Source of the DNA: Antedon mediterranea | Taxonomy: Eukaryota; Animalia; Echinodermata | Length of the DNA: 64,000 nucleotides | Direction of reading: 5' to 3' | Assembly: GCF_964355755.1 (NCBI RefSeq) | Contig: NC_092674.1 | Span: forward strand, 7,750,001 to 7,814,000 | Shown: one piece after another, positions 41,601-53,138 of the stretch | How positions within the stretch are numbered: position 1 is the first letter of the stretch | Layout: every line of letters begins with the position of its first letter | Translations under genes and position numbers: made by a program | The notes under the pieces: generated by a model | What the model was told of the DNA's origin: nothing | The model's database searches: none | Seen by the model: only the letters and a program-made list of their open reading frames with translations

Positions 41601-43426
41601 CGAATATACACATTTAAACAATGTTATATCCAATAAAATATTGATACATTTTTAAAAACATTTGAAGAATGAGTGAGAATTTACACCAGGAAAAGGTTGA
41701 AAAAAGAATTAAAGAGATGTAGGCCTAGACTTAATGAATTGGCAGGAAAGAGAGAAAAACAAGCAAAGACAACCAAAATGAAAACAAAGCCCATCATTGT
41801 GTTTGTTTGTATGCAGAGAAATTCCCACTATTTAGAAAAAAATAACAAATAGAATATTGCTTTGTAATCGACATGTTTTATGACACTTTAAAAACTTACA
41901 AGCAGAAAGAAATGTTGAAGATGGAAACATGGGAAGGCAATCGCAATAGTCAACGCTTTCGATTAGCGCAAACAAATTCGCCTAATAGTGGAAAAAATCT
42001 GTAAAGAAAACCATCTAGCTAGCCTACATTATAAAACATACGCTATAAAATATTCTTTAGATTAGTGGATATTACGTTCCTTTCATGGATATATTGTTCA
42101 CTCTATCCATACATAAACAAATAATACAATATATGTTTTTGTGCGTGTAACTGATCTCAGTTGTTATTATAGAGTAAAACAGTTCTTATAACTCATCATG
42201 AGCTTAGCCCTTGATTGTCAACATAAGCCGTTAGGGTCACCTCTATAAATAAGGTTGAATAAAAAAATAAATAAAAACAAATAAAACAAATTCTTCAAAA
42301 TAGTTTGCATGACAAAGTGGTGACTTTGTTGACTAGTTGCTAATAACAAAATAGGCTAAGCTAACCAGAATAGGTTTGTTTTTAGCAAAGGCAACCTTAC
42401 TCTATTTAATTTAATTATATATTATATTATTATATATGGCCATTACTATTAAAACATATGGCTTCCATTTAATATGTATTATTATGTTATTGTGTTTTGA
42501 AAACAGTCAACTGAAACATTGAATATTGAAATATTTTATTCATACTGGGCGATCTCTTCAGTCAAAGACTAGTCTCTCAGAGGGCCCAGTTATGATCAGC
42601 GACTGTGATGTACTAGTACACCGGGGTAACCCCCTACTCGTCTCGAAATATAATACTAGGTTCTAGGTTCTAGTGTACGAGCTAAATATGTACACTGGAC
42701 TCACGGTTTATAGTCCTTATCCGGGAAGACTCGTTCTACCACCAGAACCCAGCGAGTGAGCCCCGAACCCTTGCCGATGGCCAGTTACACTGTTTTAACC
42801 GCTCGGCCATTCACTCGTGTATCCCTTATGTCAAGTATCACGTTTATTCAAATAAAACTAAAAATCCGATTTCAAATAAAGTAGGCCTGAGCAAGATTAT
42901 ACAATATATATGTAGCACTCTTTATATAAATGACACAGACTGTTGTTATATTCTCTCAATGGTACTTTATTTACACTATATACAGGTAGGCCTACACAGA
43001 GAGTGATTAAGTTGTAGCTATCGGTTCAAGTTATTTCCAAATTGTGTTAATCTACAAGAAGTGTTAATTACAGAACATACATGACTATTTAAGGAGTAGC
43101 CCAGTGAGGTGACTTATCAGTTCAGTGAACCTCCTTGTCCCCTCCCAAGAGCTGGTATATACATTAAGATCACACCCAAGTAATCATTAGTAAGTTATTA
43201 CCAATTCCATAGAATAAGGCAATTAATTATTAGGAGTTGACACCTTAGTGGTTACAGCCCAGGTCTATAGTCTACATTAGTTAAGTATGGAAAACCACAT
43301 GAATTCCAGGAGAGTGAGTGACCTGCTACATCAAAACATAATTATAAACATACCTGATCTTGAATGGAATGCCAAAGAGAAAGCTATAACCAGGCGGAAC
43401 AAGTTTACAAAACGTTTAGCCAACAT
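26687..43426 (-). CDS. Receptor-type protein tyrosine phosphatase with Tie-like ectodomain, copy B (28 exons, about 1410 aa)
   Basis: Exons: 43354-43426 (signal peptide MLAKRFVNLFRLVIAFSLAFHSRS), 40384-40770, 39852-40100, 39321-39455, 38874-39014, 36786-36911, 36367-36507, 35779-36090, 35308-35375, 34904-35141, 33942-34217, 33621-33708 (TM), 33363-33472, 32901-33139, 32437-32524, 32207-32283, 31828-31864, 31538-31635, 30998-31120, 30356-30519, 29965-30100, 29274-29411, 28941-29040, 28600-28673, 28046-28303, 27470-27618, 27146-27281, 26687-26758. Sum 4233 nt, in frame, with the same exon phases and catalytic motifs as copy A. Confidence 0.9.
29274..32524 (-). other. PTP D1 domain exons of copy B (catalytic motifs intact)
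   Basis: Same motif set as copy A: KNRY, DYINAS, IACQGP, KCEQYWP, WPD, VHCSAGAGRTG, QTEEQY. Confidence 0.9.
37009..38838 (-). mobile_element. Helentron-type element (same family as 3656-5140) in intron 5 of copy B, interrupted by a LINE fragment
   Basis: Same CTAG/hairpin end and body. The body breaks at about 37860 and resumes at about 38630 (ATATGATTACAAACGTGAT). Confidence 0.75.
37861..38625 (+). mobile_element. 3' fragment of a CR1/L2-group LINE nested in the Helentron-type element
   Basis: ORF segment LDKPVTWKSHINFI...LLMLYKSFIQSNIITYGLE and a 3' UTR that recurs inverted at about 51655-51840. Confidence 0.75.
42535..42818 (-). mobile_element. tRNA-derived SINE, Deu-core-like, near full length
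   Basis: The minus strand starts with A-box-like TGGCCGAGCGGTT and B-box-like GGTTCGGGGC, followed by the same core as 14168-14400. Confidence 0.7.
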
Positions 43427-43576
43427 CTCCACTAATGTCTCACGTCATGTTCATTAAGTAGCCAGTTATAACAGCAATGGTACGCTCATACACGTCTCTA
43501 GAACTTAATATTTGGATAGAATGCTATATAATACAATGTATAGCAATTAAGTAGTTAAATTAGTGAAACACAACAG

Positions 43577-43620
43577 ACTTATACAGCACTAAATAATAAT
43601 ACGAAGTGTTTCCTTGTTTA
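43577..43620 (-). promoter_or_regulatory. Candidate core promoter of copy B
   Basis: Same TAAACAAGGAAAC and GTATAAGT motifs as upstream of copy A, in otherwise diverged flanks. Confidence 0.4.
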
Positions 43621-44399
43621 TTTAGTTGTCTGTATATTAACCCATGACCCTTTTATCTAGTAATAATCCTATTTCCTCATACTTTAAAACCGGTACTATG
43701 AAAGCTGAATAGAGATCACCAACAACAAAAACTATTGTCTAATTTTAGCATCGCGAAAGAAAAAGAAATATTATATAATAGTATATTTGATTGAGTCATG
43801 TACTACATCAGAACTTTTCATCAGCAGTGAATATTTATATTTTGCTTATTATTCATAACAATGATTTTGCTACTTTACACAACTCGTTTTGGTATGCATA
43901 TTAAGTCTTGGTAGTGTTTTGTTTATCATATCACTACGTTCACAAAATAGGTTATAATCAGAAACTCCCCAGAGAAGTTGAAAGTGCACTTGGCGATTTT
44001 CAAAGCGTATAAGGAAATAATATTAATAGCAATTATAAGTGGCGTAAATCGAACCATGGAGCGAACTTTGTTTGTTTATAAAGAGATCCGTTTAGAAATA
44101 TTGACTTGTGACGATATGCTTCAATGCATTTTGATAATAAAAATAGACTATCTTTTCAAACTATCACGTAGGCTATCATTTAATCCTGATTGGATAAATT
44201 GATATCAAGGAACGCGGATATTAACCAACAATATGTAACATTAATCCTAATAATAGAATAATTACACAGCAAAATTTGAAATTCTAAGCAAGAAAAAAAA
44301 ATCTTGTTTTAAGAAAAAATTCTTAAAATAAGTATTTTTTTTCTTGTCAAGATTTAAAATTACTTAAAACAAGAAATAATTTTCTAGAAAAGACACATT

Positions 44400-46500
44400 T
44401 TCTTAAATTAAGTTTTGCAATATTCTTGAAAATGCTTATTACAAGAAATATTTTACTTAAAATAAGAAGTCAATATCATTCTCTTCTTATTAAGAATAGT
44501 TTTGCTTAAAACAAGATTTGAAAATACTTAATTTGAAAAGTATTTTACTTAAAATAAGAAATCTATATTATATTTATCCCTATCAAGAATAATTTTTCTT
44601 AAATCAAGATTGATGAATTATAAAAATTACTTAAAACAATAAATATTTTTCTAGGTAAGACAAAGTTTCTTAAATTAGGTTTCGCAATAGTCTTGAACAT
44701 ACTTGTTTTGAGAAATATTTTACTTAAAATAAGAAGTCAATTTCACACTACCCTTATCAAGATTATTTTTACTTGAATCAAGATTCGCAATATTCTTGAA
44801 AATGCTTATTACAAGAAATATTTTACTTAAAATAAGAAGTCAATATCATTCTCTTCTTATTAAGAATAGTTTTGCTTAAAACAAGATTTGAAAATACTTA
44901 ATTTGAAAAGTATTTTACTTAAAATAAGAAATCAATATTATATTTATCCCTATCAAGAATAATTTTTCTTAAATCAAGATTGATGAATTCTAAAAATTAC
45001 TTAAAACAATAAATATTTTTCTAGGTAAGACAAAGTTTCTTAAATTAGGTTTCGCAATATTCCTAAAAATACTTATTTTGAGAAATGTTTTACTTAAAAT
45101 AAGAAGTCAATATCATACTATCTTATCAAGACTATTTTTGCTTAAATTGAGATTCGCAATATTTTAAAACATACTTATTTTGAGAAATGTTTTACTTAAA
45201 ATAAGAAGTCAATATCATACTATCTTATCAAGACTATTTTTACTTGAATCAAGATTCGCAATATTCTTAAAAATACTTATTTCGAGAAATGTTTTACTTA
45301 AAATAAGAAGTCAATATCATACTATCTTATCAAGACTATTTTTGCTTAAATTGAGATTCGCAATATTTTTAAAAATACTTATTTTGAAAAATGTTTTACT
45401 TAAAATAAGAAGTCAATATCATACTATCCTATCAAGACTATTTTTGCTTGAATTCAGATTCGCAATATTCTGATTTTGAGAAATGTTTTACTTAAAATAA
45501 GAAGTCAATATCATACTATCTTATCAAGACTATTTTTACTTGAATCAAGATTCGCAATATTTTTAAAAATACTTATTTTGAAAAATGTTTTACTTAAAAT
45601 AAGAAGTCAATATCATACTATCCTATCAAGACTATTTTTGCTTGAATTCAGATTCGCAATATTCTGATTTTGAGAAATGTTTTACTTAAAATAAGAAGTC
45701 AATATCATACTATCTTATCAAGACTATTTTTACTTGAATCAAGATTCGCAATATTCTTTAAAATACTTATTTTGAGAAATGTTTTACTTAAAATAAGAAG
45801 TCAATATCATACTATCTTATCAAGACTATTTTTGCTTAAATTGAGATTCGCAATATTTTAAAAAATACTTATTTTGAAAAATGTTTTACTTAAAATAAGA
45901 AGTCAATATCATACTATCCTATCAAGACTATTTTTGCTTGAATTCAGATTCGCAATATTCTGATTTTGAGAAATGTTTTACTTAAAATAAGAAGTCAATA
46001 TCATACTATCTTATCAAGACTATTTTTACTTGAATCAAGATTCGCAATATTTTAAAAAATACTTATTTTGAAAAATGTTTTACTTAAAATAAGAAGTCAA
46101 TATCATACTATCCTATCAAGACTATTTTTGCTTGAATTCAGATTCGCAATATTCTGATTTTGAGAAATGTTTTACTTAAAATAAGAAGTCAATATCATAC
46201 TATCTTATCAAGACTATTTTTACTTGAATCAAGATTCGCAATATTCTTTAAAATACTTATTTTGAGAAATGTTTTACTTAAAATAAGAAGTCAATATCAT
46301 ACTATCTTATCAAGACTATTTTTGCTTAAATTGAGATTCGCAATATTTTTAAAAATACTTATTTTGAGAAATGTTTTACTTAAGATAAGAAGTCAATATC
46401 ATACTATATCCTATCAAGACTATTTTTGCTTGAATTGAAGTCAATTCTATTTTAATATTCTTAAAAATACTTATTTTGAGAAATGTTTTACTTAAAATAG
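44400..46500. repeat. Left subterminal tandem array, 102-bp unit with a 92-bp deletion variant
   Basis: Unit TTTGAGAAATGTTTTACTTAAAATAAGAAGTCAATATCATACTATCTTATCAAGACTATTTTTACTTGAATCAAGATTCGCAATATT...; 34-aa periodicity in the spurious ORFs. Confidence 0.95.
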
Positions 46501-49087
46501 ATTGTCAATATCCTTATATTCACACAACGGTAGAGCAGTTAGCACTTCAGTTTCAACTGATGAAAGAATCTGGGTAATCAAACTGTTTGTGCTTTGAATA
46601 ATCGATTGCACTGCAACCTAAAGAAAATAATATTGATTTAATATTTTTTATATTCAAGTTTTAATATGTTTAAAAACTAAGTTGTGCTTTAGTTGGGGAG
46701 CTATGCAGCCTAACAAAAAAAATGTTATTTGTAACAATGAAATTGGTCACAAAAAAATGCAACATAAACTTAGCGTGTAAACTATAATGCCTAGGCCTAG
46801 TACCCAAGTCCTATAGTTACTATAGCTAATAGTCCTGTATAATAACAGTACCAGCAAGGCCTAGGAAATAGACGTATTTCTCTAATAAAAAATAGTTTAA
46901 AATGCATAATTGTTGTAATTTTAAAGCAAAATGGCTTACCTGTGGAATCTTGTTTCTCTCCTTTAATTTTAGTAGAAAGAAATCAGCATTTTTTATACTA
47001 TTATCTGCTTGTTCATCCTCTAGTTAGTAGGCCTTCTTGCTGAGCATCAACAAGATCATTAATATTAAACAATCATTAACAGTATAACAATACTAGAATT
47101 ATCACTACTACTATCGTCAGTTGATAAATCATCCCCGTTATAATAGTTTTTTTCTTCATTAACTTCGTCAGTCTCCTAGTCTAGGCCTAGTTCTACTTCA
47201 TCCTCAATTGGCATCCTCGTTTTCTCCAGGCATACTTATATACTGATGTTTCCATCGTCAACAGCAGGAGGTTGCCGATTGTTATACTCGTCCTTAAAAT
47301 GGCGTCTTATGACATGCTTGTAAAACGAATTGTAAATTCCAAAGCTTGCCGGGCAGCGAACCACCAATTCCACATGTTACTCGAAAATTCGGAGTATTTC
47401 CATGAATTGAATTATAATGCCTTAGCAAATAGGGTAGCAAATACTGTACCTACTTCAGTTTACTGGCACCAACTTATCGCTTTTTTTCGGACTGCAACAA
47501 ACACGTGTCATTATTATTGTCTGTCGTATTACTGTTGGTCCAGACGTTTTATAGATTTGCTTTAACCACGATGGAGGTTTATACCTCCATGCTTTAACGT
47601 TGAGCAGTATAATGACCTTATACATTCTGGGTAAAAGGCCAGCGATAAATTTTTGGTTATAGTTGAAAAACAACACTGTGTGTGGTCGATGACCTAGCTC
47701 CCGGCGGGATCATGGCCAACGGTTTTTTAAAGTAATCATTCAAAATCTAGAGTTTGTAAGTAAAAGACACCTTTCATCGCAATTTATATATTAAATGCTT
47801 CAATAGGCCTAGTAAGATTAGTCTAATATAATGTTGAAGGAAGACGCTTTGTTGAAGATCCGAGAAATAGATGAAGAAGTGGCCAACATTTTAACAGGTT
47901 CGTAGGCCTAATAATTATATTTTAATCTGCCAGCAGTCTAGGCCTAGCCTAGGCTCCTTCCTAGTAAGTAATACTGTAGGCCTGGAACTAGTAGGTCTAG
48001 GCTAGCCTACTATGCCTGTACTGACGGACAGGTGTATAGGTTTAGCTTAGCATTTTAGTTCAGACATTGACAGAGGGGACAAATATTGTCGGACCTATTT
48101 CAGCTAGGTATAAGGAAGGCCTAATAATAGATAATACAATTATAATGTAACAGTTAGTTTGTAATGTAGCCATGAAATATCTACGAAGGATTATATTATA
48201 TACACATATTCCAATGAGAAATATAATGACATTTAAAAACACTTCTTTATATTTAATTAATTGTACACACTAAGTAATCCCCGAAGTGATCACATCGATA
48301 TTGAAACTTAATGTTTCTAACTCTAAATTTAAAAAAAACATACTAAAAAAACAAACAAAAAACATACGTACTGCATAACTAAAATTGTTATATTAAATTT
48401 CTTTTTAAAAAACTGTGTTATTTACAATATCTTAAATTATTTGTTAGGTAATTGAAGAAGTTCGAAGGATACTAATTATTACTAGGCAAAGAGGAATGAA
48501 ATACAAAAGAAAGCTTTTTAAAAAAGTGCTTAGCAAATTTTTTCAAAGAAGAGAATAATATACAGTAGTTTATTTTGGTATTTTAAAGAGAAACACCAGT
48601 CCTCCATCTGGTAAGTAAATTTCGAGGTATATACTATGTTTACAATAATTTATTAAAATCAAACAATTAAACAAAATTTACATTTAATTGTATGATTGTT
48701 ATTATAAACATTGATACGGAATAAAAACATCAATCAGGACTGAGCACCGTTTTGCGTATTGTCTTCCTAAATAGTAATATTAAAAATAAATTTAGACCCT
48801 AATAATTTAACTAAAAATAATAGATACAGCCAGGCCTGTCTTTGGGATCGGTATAAACAGGGCAAAGTTTGTGATTAAAAAGTTCAAATGCATATTCCAC
48901 CCACCCTTATGTCTTATAATGTAAAATTATTCTTACCACCGTTCTAATATTGCGTCATGTTTTTGTGTTTACCGCCCCAGATATAGGACTCTAAAACCAC
49001 ACCGTACCCAATTAGTTGATGATGTTACACATATTTTAAATACAGTAATAACTAAAACTATATTAATCTCTTTTCATTTTTAGGAAC

Positions 49088-49396
49088 ATGAATAAAGATC
49101 CAGAATCCTGGTCTTCACGCCGATCAGGTAATATGCCGGTATTGCTTTTGGACACAGAAATGGCCTACATTAAAGTTTAGCAAACAATTCTAACTACAAA
49201 GAAAGCAAAATTAGATGAGGCTCTAGTTACTCTCCTCTCCACTTTTTACCTTCTGGATTTCGATTATCCAAAATGAAAAGAAGTAGGCATCACTATCCTT
49301 TAACAGTTAGTGATTTGTGATGAAAACACACCTGTACACTTGACAAAGGCTGTTGAATCATCATTAGTATACATTAATAAATTTAAGGACACCTAA
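49088..49396 (+). pseudogene. Decayed exon of the transposon accessory gene
   Basis: Translates with stops to ...LDEALVTLLSTFYLLDFDYPK*KEVGITIL*QLVI, resembling the AL..L...FY.F...YP....LQ motif I recall from SAMD3-like accessory ORFs of animal CACTA elements. Confidence 0.5.
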
Positions 49397-49699
49397 TAGT
49401 TTAAAGCCCAGGTGCGGGAGAAGAATTTTACGAAATTTGTATTTTACCATTTTAATGTTTTTAAGTTTTCTTTTGATGGCATTTTATTATTAATAAAAAC
49501 AAGTTTGTTTTAAAGAAGTTGTATATATTATTGTACCTAATGTCATGTAAATTGTAGTTCTTAATGAAAATAACAGTAGTATTGTTAATATTATGTTTTA
49601 TAACATTCTTGAATTTATTTGTTTAAGTAAAATATTTCTTAAAATGAGTATTCATTTATCGTTCTTAAAATAACTTAAAATAAATTTTTAATGATTTAT

Positions 49700-51090
49700 A
49701 TTTTATAGAATTCTTGTTTCAAGCAATTTTTTTCCCAATATAAGTAATAATTTACGAATTTTAATTTGATAGAATTCTTGTTTCAAGCAATACTTTTCTT
49801 AAAATAAGTAAACATTTACTGGTTTTTATTTGATAGACTTCTTGTTTACTTATTTTAAAAAAAGTTTTGCTTGAAACAAGAATTCTACAAATAAAAATCG
49901 GAATATTCTTACTTATTTTAAGAAATATATTGCTTGAAACAAGAAAACTAAAAATATAAATCGGAATATTCTTACTTATTTTAAGAAAAATATTGCTTAA
50001 AACAACAATTCTAAAAAATACAAACCGGAATATTCTTACTTATTTTAAGAAAAATATTGCTTGAAACAAGAATTCTACAAATAAAAATCGGAATATTCTT
50101 ACTTATTTTAAGAAATATATTGCTTGAAACAAGAATTCAAAAAATACAAATCGGAATATTCTTACTTATTTTAAGAAAAATATTGCTTGAAACAAGAATT
50201 CAAAAAATACAAATCGGAATATTCTTACTTATTTTAAGAAATATATTGCTTGAAACAAGAATATTAAAATTAAAAATCGGAATATTCTTACTTATTTTAA
50301 GAAAAATATTGCTTAAAACAAGAATTCTAAAAAATACAAATCGGAATATTCTTACTTATTTTAAGAAAAATATTGCTTGAAACAAGAATTCTACAAATAA
50401 AAATCGGAATATTCTTACTTATTTTAAGAAATATTTTGCTTGAAACAAGAATTCAAAAAATACAAATCGGAATATTCTTTCTTATTTTAAGAAAAAAATT
50501 GCTTGAAACAAGAATTCAAAAAATACAAATCGGAATATTCTTACTTATTTTAAGAAAAATATTGCTTGAAACAAGAATTCAAAAAATACAAATCGGAATA
50601 TTCTTACTTATTTTAAGAAAAATATTGCTTGAAACAAGAATTCAAAAAATAAAAATCGGAATATTCTTACTTATTTTAAGAAACATCTTGCTTGAAACAA
50701 GAATTCAAAAAAATACAAATCGGAATATTCTTACTTATTTTAAGAAATATATTGCTTGAAACAAGAATTCTATAAAATACAAATCGGAATATTCTTACTT
50801 ATTTTAAGAAATATCTTGCTTGAAACAAGAATTCAAAAAAATACAAATCGGAATATTCTTACTTATTTTAAGAAATATATTGCTTGAAACAAGAATTCTA
50901 TAAAATACAAATCGGAATATTCTTACTTATTTTAAGAAATATATTGCTTGAAACAAGAATTCAAAAAAATACAAATCGGAATATTCTTACTTATTTTAAG
51001 AAAAATATTGCTTGAAACAAGAATTCTATTTTAAAAAATCGATAAATTGTTACTTATTTTAAGGCAGATACTGCTTAAAACAAGAATGAA
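49700..51090. repeat. Right subterminal tandem array, unit about 63 bp
   Basis: Unit AAATCGGAATATTCTTACTTATTTTAAGAAAAATATTGCTTGAAACAAGAATTC...; CGGAAT recurs at 50089 and 50152. Confidence 0.95.
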
Positions 51091-51654
51091 AAAAGCAATT
51101 AAATTCTTGGTAAGAATATTGTTCTTAAAGTATTATTTCTTGGTAAGAATAATTTTCTTGATAAGAATTTGTGTGATTCTTGTTAAGAATTTTACGATTC
51201 TTGGTAAGCCAAAAAGTATTGAAATACGGACAAGTCAAAATTTACTTGTTTCAAGAAATATTTTGCTTGAAACAAGTTTTTTTTTTCTTAAAACAAGAAT
51301 CAGAATTTTGCTGTGTATAGCATGTAAACAATATTTGTTTTATATTCACAAATATTTCTAAAATAATTGCTACTATAAAAAATGTTGAGGCAGCTGATTA
51401 CAAATCTCGTTTAATGCCCACTGCTACATGTATTAGATAACACATATTACTTTTTATCACTTCCAACCGTCTGAACCTTTATTTTATTAATTAAATATGC
51501 TACAATAAATTTATCTTTAAATATTCTTAATTTATAGTCATTGAACATCCATTTATTTTCTGTTTAAAATTATGGTTTTCAAAATGTTGGATCAATATAT
51601 TCATTTTCAAAACACTTTAATTTGTGCATGTTGTATGTATTGTTTTTTAGATAT

Positions 51655-51840
51655 CAACTTTATTCACATCATCATACATAAATAGTACAATACAATAAAA
51701 TGTATGTGTGTGTGAAAAGGAGCCAAAAAATAGCTTTCGCTAATCAAGGTTTGACTCCTGTCACAAAAAATAAATTAGTCATAATGCATACATTTTCATC
51801 TATCAACAATAATTCAATAAGAAAGAAACAGCAAAGTATA
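51655..51840 (-). mobile_element. LINE 3' UTR fragment, same family as 37861-38625
   Basis: Reverse complement of about 38440-38620 (TTTGTGACAGGAGTCAAACCTTGATTAGCGAAAGCTATTTTTTGGCTC). Confidence 0.7.
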
Positions 51841-53138
51841 TACATAGTCAAAAAGTTTACAAGAGTTATCCCAGTGATTCGACCTGAAATAATTTAACGT
51901 ACCGTACTGCTTGAGTTTAACCGTGGAGAACAATACATTTGTCAATGCTGTTACTTCTTCCGTCGTTGTAAAACGTTTCTTCTACCTGTCAGCTTAATTA
52001 TTGTTCATGTTGTTGTACAATGCATAAAACGATTCTTATACCTGTCAGCCTCATTGCATTTCATGTTGTTGTTGTTGTTGTTGTTGTTGCTACACTATAT
52101 AAAATGCTTCTTTATACATATCAGGCTAATTACTTCTCTGTTGCTTTGGATTGAGTGCTTGGTCCATTCATTTGCATAATATGTGGACAAACCAGGTTAG
52201 CGTACGTGGACCTTTTACTTACAATTGGTGACGGTTCTTGAATTGATAATTAAATTGTAATCTCCGACAACTCTCTTTTCCAGAATAACTAGTGAATAAT
52301 TGTTACTAAGAATTTTGATTTGTTTTTTATTTCAAATATTTAAAAAAAACCTTATTAATAGTGATAATAATTTTATTATTATTATTGTTGTTATTATTAT
52401 TATTATTGTTATTTGTGAATATTGTAAGAAATAATTCTTAGTTTTATGTACACAGTTATAACAGTCGGGATCGGGAATGGTTTAAACTCTTACAATATTT
52501 GAAAGTACAGTATGTTTTTATTATATTAGTTCACAAAATTATATAACATGTTCGGTTATTATTTCTTAATGTGCAACTAGTTTAAATTGTAATGTCTTTC
52601 AAATATTAGTCGTGACAGAGTTCTGAAGAGATATTGTTATTATACATTAGGAGTAGTCAACTGGTTTTTTGACAAATCGGTTTTTAAAATAAAAATGTCC
52701 GTCAACAGTCTTAAAAGAACGCTTACATACTTATTTTAGTACTACTAATTATAAATAACGAAAAACATGAAGTTTAAATTATTGTACTATTTAAATTATC
52801 CTAAGGCTAAATATATTTATTTTTTTCCACTTGAATCTTACTGTAACCTTCTTTACACGTGTCTGCTCTGTTTATTTCCGTAAACAAATATTTATCTTCT
52901 ATAATCTAAAGATTTTGTTGAATAATAAAAAAGAAGCTTGTTTTTTTCAATTTTTTTTTCATATTGGTTAACCATTGTTTTTGGAGAAGAGAACTTTATA
53001 AGAAAGAGTACATTTATCCAACTACCACTTGTTTTTTTCAAAAATCGTATTATTATTTACATTTGTTGCAGATTGCTTATTGATTTTTCCATTCGGTGTT
53101 TCTTCTCTTCTACGGATAACTCAATAGGTTTGTATTCT

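Larger units (their letters stand above)
44265..51315 (+). mobile_element. CACTA/EnSpm (CMC)-type DNA transposon, defective, about 7.05 kb
   Basis: Termini CACAGCAAAATT and AATTTTGCTGTG, both flanked by TA, with imperfect inverted similarity over about 90 bp. It has large subterminal tandem arrays and a decayed plus-strand coding remnant at 49088-49396. Confidence 0.75.

Noticed and set aside
2249-43426. Assigning a vertebrate symbol such as PTPRA, PTPRE, TIE1 or TEK
   Set aside because: The architecture matches none of them and orthology needs a phylogeny.
45180-46438. Repetitive ORFs (RNVLLKIRSQYHTILSRLFLL...)
   Set aside because: Translations of the 102-bp satellite unit; the frame is broken by the 92-bp variants and there is no coding signature.
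44400-51090. CRISPR-like interpretation of the regular repeats
   Set aside because: There are no unique spacers, the context is eukaryotic and there are no cas genes; these are tandem repeats within a transposon.
50057-51361. Repetitive ORFs (LLETRIQKIQIGIFLLILR...)
   Set aside because: Artefacts of the 63-bp tandem array.
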